Assembly (NCBI GenBank): GCA_030754595.1
Contig: JASLZZ010000098.1
Coordinates: forward strand, 1-60,153
Length of the DNA stretch: 60,153 nucleotides
Reading direction: 5' to 3'
From: Nitrospinota bacterium
GTDB taxonomy: Bacteria > UBA8248
Shown here: positions 9,909-19,049 of the stretch, piece after piece
Position numbering within the stretch: the stretch's first letter is position 1
Layout of the letters: each line of letters opens with the position of its first letter
Translations under genes and position numbers: made by a program
Notes under the pieces: generated by a model
Seen by the model: only the letters and a program-made list of their open reading frames with translations
Told to the model about the DNA's origin: nothing
The model's database searches: none

Positions 9909-9937
9909 TTGACGAATGTAGATAACATTCAGACAAT
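9909..9937 (+). promoter_or_regulatory. Putative sigma70 promoter with a palindromic operator in the spacer
   Basis: TTGACG-17 bp-GACAAT; GAATGT-N5-ACATTC at 9914-9930. Confidence 0.55.
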
Positions 9938-10099
9938 AGGACATCATCGCCAGCTTCGTCTGGCGATTCACCGTTTTTTTTTCGAGAAGTCGGGCGGCCA
10001 GTGAAGTAGCGGTCGTCCTTTAGGGGATACAAATTTTCCGGCGAGCGGCCCGGCACACGGAACGCGCGCTGTCCTTTTCCTGAGAGGGGGAATTTTTCG

Positions 10100-11071
10100 A
10101 TGGAATATACCAAGAGCGAAGCGAAGGCGTATTGCAGGGAGAAAATGACGGGTGTCTGGGCGGCTCTTACGACTCCTTATAAATCGGACGGCGAAATAGA
10201 CGAAGAGGGTCTCCGCACCATCGTGCGGACCTGCATCGACGATCTCAAGATCGATGGGTTTTTCTGCAACGGCTTGATGGGCGAATACTGGTCGCTTTCC
10301 GTCCAGGAGCGAAAGCGCGTACAGCACATCGTATGCGAGGAGAGCCGGGGGAAGGCCCAGACCATCCCGCACACTCCGCAAGTCACCATCCAGGAGGCCG
10401 TCGAGCTGACCAAGCACGCCGAGGAAATCGGCGCCGACTACGCAATCATGATCAACCCGGTGTACGGTGCGCACGACGACGACGAGATTTATCTTTACTT
10501 CAAGACTATCTGCGATCAGATTGATATCGGCCTTTCGTTGTTCAACCAGCCCAAGTCGGGGACGACGCTGAGCCCCGAGCTCATCGAGCGCCTGGCAGGC
10601 CTGGAGAATATCTGCTGCATCAAGAACGCCGTCCCCAGCATGGCTCATCAGAGCGAGGTGCGGCGGAGGGTGGGAGACCAGATCGTAGTCTGCGATCCCG
10701 ACGAAGAGCGTTTTCTCGTCAGCCTTGCTCACCTGGGAATGCAGGTCCATATGTCATCGCCCACTCCTTTTCTCTTCCAGGTGCCGGGCTACACTCCGAT
10801 CCGTGATTACTACGATGCGGCCATGGCGGGCGAAATGAAAAAAGCCTCGGAGATCAACTACTCGCTCGAACCGCTCCGGGCCGTTCGCAAAAAGTACTTC
10901 ACGACGGGTCCCAATGGGCGGACGACAGCCTATTTGAAGGAGTGGACCGAGGTGCTGGGTCTGCCCGCCGGCGGGGTGCGCCCACCGGTCGTATCGCTGT
11001 CCGATCAGGAAAAACGGGAATTTCGCAAGGATCTCGAGGCGACAGGCCTTTTGGACAAGATTAAAAGTTAA
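10100..11071 (+). CDS. Dihydrodipicolinate synthase/NAL family class I aldolase-like protein (not DapA)
   Basis: ALTTPY..DGEIDE, GLMGEYWSLSVQER, Schiff-base Lys in CCIKNA, VRPP. Confidence 0.88.
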   Translation: MEYTKSEAKAYCREKMTGVWAALTTPYKSDGEIDEEGLRTIVRTCIDDLKIDGFFCNGLMGEYWSLSVQERKRVQHIVCEESRGKAQTIPHTPQVTIQEAVELTKHAEEIGADYAIMINPVYGAHDDDEIYLYFKTICDQIDIGLSLFNQPKSGTTLSPELIERLAGLENICCIKNAVPSMAHQSEVRRRVGDQIVVCDPDEERFLVSLAHLGMQVHMSSPTPFLFQVPGYTPIRDYYDAAMAGEMKKASEINYSLEPLRAVRKKYFTTGPNGRTTAYLKEWTEVLGLPAGGVRPPVVSLSDQEKREFRKDLEATGLLDKIKS

Positions 11072-11421
11072 GAAGTTTCGGGAAGGTGCGCTCCCGAGCT
11101 CCCGTGTGGGGGCCTGGGAGCCGGCCCCGAAATGGCTGATTGGAACAACGCTGAAGCCCTTCCATAAAGCGCGGCTTTCTCGCCTGTGCTCCTAATTATG
11201 TGAATCACGAATGGATATTTAATCGATTTTATCGGAGCGGGTAGTCGTTCGCCGCCCCCTGTGGGCAGATGAAACGGGTGGGCCCGAGGGTGGTGGGCCG
11301 TGGTTTTCGTTTCTTGCCTTTCCGTCCATGTGATAGAATTTTCTTATCCAAATGGAAATACAAACCAGTTTTGATTTCCGTTTTGCTTCTTGAATTTTGC
11401 TTTTTGAAAGGAGCATCCTTC

Positions 11422-12606
11422 ATGTACAAGGCCACTGATGGAATTATACTCCCGACCACCATCATTGGCTCCCTTCCCCGGCCGCATTGGTACACCGAAA
11501 ACCTGGGCACGCGCAAATTTCGTGAGGCCATGACCAACGCCCGCTTCCGGGAGCAATACACCGACGCCGTATCGTCCTATTTGCGCGATGAGGAGGTTGC
11601 CGGCCTCGACATCTGCACGGACGGAGACTGCCGCTTCGACATCGACGTGGGCGGCCACACCTGGTTCAGCTACGCGCCTCGCCACATGGATGGCTTCGAG
11701 GGTTTTCATCCCTACCGAATTCCCAAAGTGGGCGGTAGGCCGACTGTCCCGCCCGGGCGGATTCTGCACGATATAACCGAAGCCCGCCTTATGCCCGAGA
11801 TCGTGGGGCCGGTCGGCCGGGGTGATTTGCAATACACCGCCATCTGGAAAACCGCGCAGCGGCTCACCAAAAAACCCGTCAAATTCGGAACCATCACTCC
11901 CGAGCTCATCGCGATGGGCGTGAAGGACAGCTATTACAAGAGTATGAAAGAACGCATTCGGGCCATCGGCGACGCGCTGAACGAGGAGCTCACCGAGGTG
12001 GCGCGGGCCGGATGCACCGCCATCCAGATGGAAGAGCCCCAGGTCCATCTCCTCGCCGCCAAGGGCCTCACGGGCGGAGAGCTCACCCCCGAATATATGC
12101 GCGAAGTATTCAACGACACCGTGCGGGGTCTGCGGGACCTCACCGAGGTCTGGTGCCACACCTGCTGGGGTAATCCCGCCCAGCAGCGGATCTTCGACCA
12201 GGCGCAAAGCTACGCGCCGGCGCTCGAGGAGTTGAACAAGATCGAAGCCGACATCCTCACCTTCGAATGCTGCAGCACGGGAGGCATGGACCTCGAGGCG
12301 ATCGGAAAAACGATCACCGATAAAAAAATCGCCATCGGCGTCGTTGACCACCATTCGCTCCAGGTGGAGACCCCGGACGAGGTGGCGGACCTGATTCGAC
12401 GGGCGCTCGACCATATTCCGGCCGAGCGCCTGATCCTCTGCTCGGACTGCGGCATGGGCCGCGAGGGGATGAGCCGGAGGCACGCCTTCTACAAGATGGC
12501 CTCGATCGTCCAAGGGACCAACATCGTCCGGCGCGAACTGGGGCTTCCGGAGGCGGAATGCCTGGCGGCCGACCCTCGCTTCTCGCTGGTCGAAAAAGAG
12601 GAATAG
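11422..12606 (+). CDS. Cobalamin-independent methionine synthase II (MetE C-terminal domain) family Zn enzyme
   Basis: TTIIGSLPRP, GLDICTDGD, IQMEEP, HTCWGN, GVVDH, SDCG; AAGGAG RBS. Confidence 0.9.
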   Translation: MYKATDGIILPTTIIGSLPRPHWYTENLGTRKFREAMTNARFREQYTDAVSSYLRDEEVAGLDICTDGDCRFDIDVGGHTWFSYAPRHMDGFEGFHPYRIPKVGGRPTVPPGRILHDITEARLMPEIVGPVGRGDLQYTAIWKTAQRLTKKPVKFGTITPELIAMGVKDSYYKSMKERIRAIGDALNEELTEVARAGCTAIQMEEPQVHLLAAKGLTGGELTPEYMREVFNDTVRGLRDLTEVWCHTCWGNPAQQRIFDQAQSYAPALEELNKIEADILTFECCSTGGMDLEAIGKTITDKKIAIGVVDHHSLQVETPDEVADLIRRALDHIPAERLILCSDCGMGREGMSRRHAFYKMASIVQGTNIVRRELGLPEAECLAADPRFSLVEKEE

Positions 12607-12658
12607 CAATAAAAAGGCAGTTCTTTAACAAATACCGAATTTCAGGAGTGAAGGAAAG

Positions 12659-13612
12659 ATGAATATTTCGGGAGGCGAAAATACTAATAACTTTCACTGC
12701 CTTTCGTGGTCGGATTTTCCGGAGGGATTTACTCCTTTTTCCCTCAACCCCACGGGCGCCCGTCTGGAGACAACAGAGCTCGGGCCGGGCGTCTATGCTC
12801 TCCTTTCATCGATTCCCAATGTGGATAACACGGGCTTTGTGGTTGGAGACAGGGACGTTCTGGTCATCGATGCGCACATCAATCTGGCGATGGCCCATCA
12901 AATTCAGGAGCGGGTTCGGGAAGTGACGGACAAGCCTATTCGCTACCTCGTCAACTCGAACTATCACGGCGATCACACATTCGGAAACTGCGGTTTTCCC
13001 GAAGAAACTCTGGTGATACAGCACCGCCGGACGGCGGAACTGGTCCCTTATTTTCGGGAAGAGATGGATTTCATGCTTCCCTGTGTGGGAAACGAGCCGG
13101 CCATCTTCGATGGGGTCGAACTCCGCAATCCGGATATCGTGTTCGATGATTATCTTCGCCTCGATCTGGGCGGCGTCGAGGTGGAGCTCCATTATTTCGG
13201 GCCGGCCAACACGCCGGGCGACACGATCACCTATGTGCCCGGGGCCAAGGCCGCGTGGACGGGAAACATGACAGGCGGAAACCTTATTATCGCCCTGGAG
13301 AGCGACGCCCCGACCTACTTGAATTCCATCGCCCGGTTCGCCCAGGCACTCGAAGTGGAAACCCTCATCCCCGCGCACAATCCACTTTCCTCGAGTGCAC
13401 TTCTTGGCGGCTACCTGATGTACCTGAGCCAGATCACGAACGCGGTTCGAAAGGCGGTCAATGAAAATTGGACGCTCGGGGAAGCGATGGAGAAAATCCC
13501 GCTGGACTTGGAGCAGCCCTACGCTCCGCCGCCGGATCATCCTCGAATCGGCTTTTTTCGGGATCTTCATGCCTATAACGTTCAAAAAACCTATCAGTCG
13601 TTTTGTGGGTGA
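12659..13612 (+). CDS. MBL-fold metallo-hydrolase (cyclase-like) with variant metal ligands
   Basis: NTGFVVG..VLVID, NSNYHGDHTFGN, GPANTPGD, WTGN, LIPAH. Confidence 0.85.
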   Translation: MNISGGENTNNFHCLSWSDFPEGFTPFSLNPTGARLETTELGPGVYALLSSIPNVDNTGFVVGDRDVLVIDAHINLAMAHQIQERVREVTDKPIRYLVNSNYHGDHTFGNCGFPEETLVIQHRRTAELVPYFREEMDFMLPCVGNEPAIFDGVELRNPDIVFDDYLRLDLGGVEVELHYFGPANTPGDTITYVPGAKAAWTGNMTGGNLIIALESDAPTYLNSIARFAQALEVETLIPAHNPLSSSALLGGYLMYLSQITNAVRKAVNENWTLGEAMEKIPLDLEQPYAPPPDHPRIGFFRDLHAYNVQKTYQSFCG

Positions 13613-13709
13613 TTTTGTCGGAACTGGAAATTCTTCCGGTAATGGTTGTCTGAAGCCACTCTCAGTTCTAATGGTTAATTGGTCGAGAATTTTTTTGCGG
13701 GAAGGGTCC

Positions 13710-13811
13710 CGCCCGGTTTGCGGGATGAAATATTTCCCGCGCGATTTGGCGTTTCAAAATCTGAAGACAGTGGCCGAAGGGGCGGAAATCGTCCGGAGAG
13801 AGATCCTTTAA
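13710..13811 (+). pseudogene. C-terminal remnant of a second MetE-like gene
   Basis: PVCGMKYFPRDLAFQNLKTVAEGAEIVRREIL* resembles the family C-terminus (compare SDCGMG..AFYKMASIVQGTNIVRREL of 11422-12606). Confidence 0.65.
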
Positions 13812-13828
13812 TCGGTCTCGAAGAAATT

Positions 13829-14785
13829 TCAAGAAAGTCTCGGCATTAACCCGGAAACGAAATTCTCGAGCTGCTCTTCCTGGCTGCCGCCGGCGAACCG
13901 AATGACGAATGTTTCCGCTCCCGCATCGATGTAACCGCGAATCCGGTCTTCAATCCCGGCTCCGTCGCCCACGACGACGAGATTCTTTTTTCGCACTTCC
14001 CCGAAGGGTTGTTTGTAGTAAGCCGAGAGAAAATCGCCGCACTCTTTTTCCGCCTTTCGCGGGTCAGGATTAATGTTCATGGTTACGTAGAGGCAGCGGG
14101 AGATGTTGCCGATTTCCCGCCGCCCGGCCTCACCCGCATAGGCGAGGATTTTCTCCCAGCATTCTCGGTAGAGATCCGCCGTGACCGTGTTGGTGATCCA
14201 CCCGTCGGCGAGGCGGGCGACGCGGCGGAGGCCCGAATCCGCGTTGTTGCTCGCAATCCAGATCGGGGGCCCGCCGGGAGTAGGCGGCCGGAGGCCGAGT
14301 TCTATTTCCCGGAGCGAAAAATGCTTCCCTGAAAAATCCGCCTTGGGCTCCTTCATCAGCCGTTTGACGATTTCAACGGTCTCGCTGAGCCGCCGCGCCC
14401 GCTCCCCGATGGGAACGCCCAGCGTTTCGAATTCATCCCTGAGCTCTACCCGTCCGACGCCGAAACCGGCAACCGCCCTGCCGGGAAACAGACAGTCGAG
14501 CGTCGCCAGCGACTGCGCGAGCATGACCGGATGGCGCAGGGCGGCGAGCATGACAGCGGTTCCGACCTGAATTTTCCTCGTCGCGCCGAGCACCGCGGCC
14601 CAGGTGGTGAAGCTCTCCAGGCGCGGCTTGGCCAGGACGCTGTCGCCGATCCATACGGAATCCAGCCCGAGCGTTTCCGCCTTTTTTGCCAGGTGCAGGA
14701 TCTGCGATCCGTCGGCGGGGTCATCTCCGGCCTCCACAACGACTCCTCGCGTGGGGAGCAAGAATCCAAAGCAAAAATCCGGCAT
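13829..14785 (-). CDS. LLM-class (luciferase-like) flavin/F420-dependent oxidoreductase
   Basis: AETLGLDSVWIGD, GTAV..LRHPV.LA..LATLD, GGPPIWI, RVARLADGW; GGAGG RBS. Confidence 0.9.
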   Translation of the reverse strand: MPDFCFGFLLPTRGVVVEAGDDPADGSQILHLAKKAETLGLDSVWIGDSVLAKPRLESFTTWAAVLGATRKIQVGTAVMLAALRHPVMLAQSLATLDCLFPGRAVAGFGVGRVELRDEFETLGVPIGERARRLSETVEIVKRLMKEPKADFSGKHFSLREIELGLRPPTPGGPPIWIASNNADSGLRRVARLADGWITNTVTADLYRECWEKILAYAGEAGRREIGNISRCLYVTMNINPDPRKAEKECGDFLSAYYKQPFGEVRKKNLVVVGDGAGIEDRIRGYIDAGAETFVIRFAGGSQEEQLENFVSGLMPRLS

Positions 14786-14821
14786 ATTGGAAAACCTCCG
14801 GTAGCGAAAAAATGAAATTAT

Positions 14822-14852
14822 ATCCTATCTGAGAACATCCTATCCTGAGAAC
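14822..14852. promoter_or_regulatory. Tandem 15/16-bp direct repeat in a divergent promoter region
   Basis: ATCCTATCTGAGAAC ATCCTATCCTGAGAAC, upstream of TATAAT at 14870-14875. Confidence 0.5.
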
Positions 14853-14976
14853 TAAATACTCCAATGAAGTATAATGTAGCCCATCGGTATATATCGATCA
14901 GGCCAACATCATCTTTTCGCCGGTGTGCGATTTGGCGGGCGGAGGTTTGGTGGCTGGACATTTTCCATTGGAGGGA

Positions 14977-15762
14977 ATGATGCAAATTAAAATGAACGGA
15001 AGAACCGCTTTGATTACCGGGGGCAGCCGGGGGCTCGGGCGCGCAATGGCGCTGAGATTCGCCCAGGCGGGAGCCGATGTGGCGATTACGGCGAGGCGCG
15101 CCGATGTTCTCGAGGAAACCAAATCCGAGATCGAGGCCGCCTCGGATGTGAAGGTGGGCGCCTATCCCTGCGACGTAACCGATGCCGGGCAGATCGCCGC
15201 CATGCACGAGGCCGTCTCCGCCGACTTCGGCACGATCGACATATTGGTGAACAACGCCGGGTCGGCGGTCCGGGGAAAATTCGAGGAGCTCACCGACGAG
15301 GTTTGGCAAGACGATTTCGATCTGAAGGTTTTCGCCGCCATCCGGACCTCCCGCCTCGTCTTACCGAAGATGAAGGAACAAAAGTAGGGGCGGATTATCA
15401 ATATATTGGACGGCGCCGCGAAGGCGCCCGGAGCGGAAGGCGCTCCCACGGCGGTTTCACGTGCCGCCGGTATGGCGATCACGAAAGTGTTGTCCAAGGA
15501 ATTCGCCTCCTACAATATTTTGGTCAACGCGCTTTGCACCGGCATCATCGTCACCGATTTGTGGGACCGGGCCTATAAAAAGCAGGCCCCCGATATGTCG
15601 TTCGATCAATTCATCGCGGAAAAAGGGAAGGAAGTTCCGCTGGGCCGGATGGGCACCGCGGAAGAGTACGCGAACGCGGCTTGTTTCCTGGCCTCGGACG
15701 CCGCCTCCTACATCACCGGAGTGGCGATAAATGTCGATGGTGGGAGATCGCCAGTTGTCTGA
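14977..15762 (+). pseudogene. SDR family oxidoreductase interrupted by in-frame TAG (15385-15387)
   Basis: TGGSRGLG and LVNNAG in the 5' half; KEQK*GRIINI continues in frame to ITGVAINVDGG. Confidence 0.85.
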
Positions 15763-15816
15763 TTTTGCGCACGAGGTTTCCAATTACATGCTTCTGCACA
15801 GAGGGAGAGTGGAAAA

Positions 15817-16572
15817 ATGAGCAAGCTAAACGGGAAGGCCGCCATCATCACGGGGGCATCGCGCGGAATCGGCCAGGCGGTAGCCCTGCGGCTGGCCTCG
15901 GAGGGGGCCGCCATCTACATGGCGGCGGACGGCACCGAGGCGGAGCTCGAGGAAACAGAAAAAGCTTGCCGGGACGCCGGCGCTCCGGACGCCGCCTGGG
16001 GGCTGCATGACTTATCGGACTCAGGGGAGGCGGAGGCCGTGGTGGCCGCCGCCAGGGAGCGCATGGGCCGGGTGGACATTCTGGTGAACAACGCGGGGGT
16101 CCGGGCCCGGAAGGCGTTCGGTGAATTTTCTCACGAAGAGTTCGACCGGCTGGTGGCGATCAACCTGCGCGCCCCCTTCTTCGCGAGTCAGGCCGCCGTG
16201 CCCATCATGCGCGAGCAGGGTGGGGGACACATCGTCCACATGGCAAGTCAGCTCGGCATCGTGGCTTCGCGGTACGGGGCCATCTACAGCCTCACCAAAG
16301 CGGGTCTCATCCAGCTTACGCGGTCGATGGCTCTCGAGTTGGGGGGGGAGGGCATCTCGGTCAACGCCGTTTGCCCGGGACCGATCACCACCGAAGGGTT
16401 TCTGGCGAACCGGAATCCCGGGGAGCTTGAGCAGCGCGCAAGGGACGTTCCCATCGGCCGATTCGGCACCGTCGAGGAGGTCGCCGGCATGGTCGCTTTT
16501 CTCGTCTCGAAGGACGCGGCCTATGTCCTCGGCCACGCCCTTGTCATGGACGGCGGCTACGTCGTTCACTAA
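15817..16572 (+). CDS. SDR family oxidoreductase (FabG-like)
   Basis: TGASRGIG, LVNNAG, YSLTK, VNAVCPG, DGG. Confidence 0.92.
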   Translation: MSKLNGKAAIITGASRGIGQAVALRLASEGAAIYMAADGTEAELEETEKACRDAGAPDAAWGLHDLSDSGEAEAVVAAARERMGRVDILVNNAGVRARKAFGEFSHEEFDRLVAINLRAPFFASQAAVPIMREQGGGHIVHMASQLGIVASRYGAIYSLTKAGLIQLTRSMALELGGEGISVNAVCPGPITTEGFLANRNPGELEQRARDVPIGRFGTVEEVAGMVAFLVSKDAAYVLGHALVMDGGYVVH

Positions 16573-16621
16573 CCGCAGTTTTGAATGGATGACCGGCCGA
16601 ACCGGAGAAATGGACCGGCTC

Positions 16622-18925
16622 CTATTTGGGCCATTCACCGCCGCGAAGGGCCCGAACGACCTTTTCGGGAGTGATGGGAAGTGAAGTCACCCGGACTCCG
16701 ATCGCGTTTGAAACAGCGTTGGCGATAGCTCCGGCGGGCGTGTTGTTCGGTGGTTCTCCGACGCCTCTGGCGCCGAAGGGTCCGGCTCCCTCGCCCGATT
16801 CGACGATGGCCGTTCCGATTTCCGGAACATCCATCGCCGTGGCGAGAAGGTACTGCGCGAAATCATGGGCTTCCACCCGCCCGTCCGCTACGGCGCAATC
16901 CTCCAGAATCGCCAGGCCCATTCCGAAAACCGCGCCTCCCTCGAACTGCCCGAGGACGGTCTGGGGATTCACGACCGTTCCGACATCATGACAGATCCCG
17001 AGGCCGTTGACCGTAACCTCGCCCGTGTCGGGGTCCACGGATACATCCGCCGCCGCGGCGCCGAAAACGTAATCCACCCAACCGGCCTCGTGCGCCGATT
17101 CGTAGCCGGGATAGGGCTCCGGCGGAATAACCAGCCTCCCGGTGTTCGATAAGTAAACGCCCGAGGCAGCGCAGGCGGCGGCAATCTGGGCATGGTTGAC
17201 GCTGCGCTCTGGCATGGCCCGGACATGGGCCTTTCCGCCGGAGAGGACGATATCCTCCTCTCGGGCCTCGAGAAGTTTCGCCGCCTCTTTTTTCAGGGCG
17301 TCGGCGATGGGCCCGGCGGCGCGCTCGATTGTGGCTCCCGTGTTGAGAAACTGGCGGCTCCCGGCGGTCATTCCGACCAGGGGCGTGGTTTGCGAGTCCG
17401 ACAGATGGAGGGTGATCTTTTCGAGGGGCAGCCCCAGGACCTGGGCCGCGACTTGCCGGTAGCCGCCTTCCTGGCCTGAGCCCAAATCGGGCGCGCCCGC
17501 TGCGACGACGGCGCTTCCGTCGAGTTGCAAGGATACGGAAGCATCGGCGACGGTTCCGTAGCGGCCGTAGCCGGTCATGTTCGAGGCAAAGCCCCGGGCC
17601 CGGAGGGGTTTTCGAAATCCGCTTCCGGGCGATTCACCGCCGCCGTTCGAAGGCAGGGAATCGTCGAGCGTCCGGCGCGCCCGCTCCGCCGTTTCGGCGA
17701 GCCGGACCTCGCGCTTGAGCGGCTGACCCGTGGCCAGCGCCTCTCCCTTGGAAAGGTAGTTTTTCTTTCGGAAGGCAAAGGGGTCCATCCCCAGTTTTTC
17801 GGACAGGGTGTCCATTACGCCTTCAATCGCGAAGGTGATCTGCGGCGAGCCGACTCCGCGCATGGCGGTTCCCACCGGGTTGTGGGTGAGCACCATTCTC
17901 ATGTCGACTTTCGTGTTTTCGCATCGGTACGGCCCCGAGGCTTGGACCATGGAGTATTTGCAGAGAACGGCGCTCAGTTCCGTATAGGCGCCCGCGTCGC
18001 CGACGATATCCGCCTTCCAGGCGATGAGGCGGCCCTCCGCGTCGGCGCCGGCCTTGTAGTGCATGGTGTAGGGATGGCGCTTCGTGGAGGAGAGGATCGA
18101 TTCCTCCCGCGACAGGGACATTTGGACCGGCCGCCCCGCCGCTTTGGCGAGCAGCGCCAGAAAGGGCTCGATGGTCATCATGATTTTTCCACCGAACCCG
18201 CCGCCGACGTACGGGCATTCGATCCGGACCTGATTGTGGGGGACGGCCAGAATCCGGGCGATGAACCGGAAGTTTTCGATCATCTGCGTTCCGCAGCGGA
18301 TATGAATAACATCGCTCGCATCCACCCAGGCCACCCCGGATTCGGTTTCCATGTAGGCGTGATCGACGCTCTGGGTCTGGAAGGTTTCCTCGACCACGGC
18401 TGCGGAACGCCGAAAACCCGCATCGACATCGCCCCGTTCGTATCCAAAATGGCCGATGACGTTTCCGCGCTCGTCCACCTGGAGCGAGCCGGGCTCCATC
18501 GCCTTCGCGGGGTCGAGAACCAGCGGCAATTTTTCCCAGTCGAAGCGAATGAGATTCAGGGCTTCCTGCACAAGCTCCCGCGTGTCGGCGGCGACGAGGG
18601 CGACGGGGTCGCCGGCGGCCCGGACGCTTTTCTCCGCCAGGACGGGTTGATCGTCGCGGGCGCCGAGAAGATTCCCCCGGAGGTTCGTCCCCGGGATGTC
18701 CCAGGCGGTCAGAACCGTGTGAACGCCCTCGAGGGCCTCGGCCTTTCGGGTGTCGAGTTTGACGATGCGGGAATTGGCGACGGGGCTGCGGAGAACTCCC
18801 CCCCAAATCTTGCGGGGCATATCGAAGTCATCGCTGAATACGGTTTCCCCGGCGGATTTTTCGATGGTGTCGGACCGCAGGGTGGATTTTCCCACCAAAG
18901 ATTCGTGATTTTCGCCGTTGCCCAT
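16622..18925 (-). CDS. Xanthine dehydrogenase family molybdopterin-binding large subunit
   Basis: VLRSP, HAYMET, VGGGFGGK, AMRGVG, GSGQ, TAGSR, GQFEGG, GPFGARGVGEP. Confidence 0.93.
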   Translation of the reverse strand: MGNGENHESLVGKSTLRSDTIEKSAGETVFSDDFDMPRKIWGGVLRSPVANSRIVKLDTRKAEALEGVHTVLTAWDIPGTNLRGNLLGARDDQPVLAEKSVRAAGDPVALVAADTRELVQEALNLIRFDWEKLPLVLDPAKAMEPGSLQVDERGNVIGHFGYERGDVDAGFRRSAAVVEETFQTQSVDHAYMETESGVAWVDASDVIHIRCGTQMIENFRFIARILAVPHNQVRIECPYVGGGFGGKIMMTIEPFLALLAKAAGRPVQMSLSREESILSSTKRHPYTMHYKAGADAEGRLIAWKADIVGDAGAYTELSAVLCKYSMVQASGPYRCENTKVDMRMVLTHNPVGTAMRGVGSPQITFAIEGVMDTLSEKLGMDPFAFRKKNYLSKGEALATGQPLKREVRLAETAERARRTLDDSLPSNGGGESPGSGFRKPLRARGFASNMTGYGRYGTVADASVSLQLDGSAVVAAGAPDLGSGQEGGYRQVAAQVLGLPLEKITLHLSDSQTTPLVGMTAGSRQFLNTGATIERAAGPIADALKKEAAKLLEAREEDIVLSGGKAHVRAMPERSVNHAQIAAACAASGVYLSNTGRLVIPPEPYPGYESAHEAGWVDYVFGAAAADVSVDPDTGEVTVNGLGICHDVGTVVNPQTVLGQFEGGAVFGMGLAILEDCAVADGRVEAHDFAQYLLATAMDVPEIGTAIVESGEGAGPFGARGVGEPPNNTPAGAIANAVSNAIGVRVTSLPITPEKVVRALRGGEWPK

Positions 18926-19049
18926 TCTCTTGCTCCCCTCAAAAGAGATTGAGAAAAATTCTTATCGATAAATCTATTGCTGAATATTTATTGAACCTCC
19001 GGAAATGATCCGGTTTGATGGCGCGCAGTCATTATAGCGCCGCGGAGAA

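Noticed and set aside
11072..11421. SAM or cobalamin riboswitch ahead of the MetE-like gene
   Set aside because: I could not recognise an S-box or B12-box consensus.
17525..18952. 475-aa ORF (likewise 2556-3557, 11344-12609, 39159-40712, 45764-46777, 54518-55786)
   Set aside because: Antisense shadows of well-supported genes in GC-rich DNA, with no recognisable motifs.
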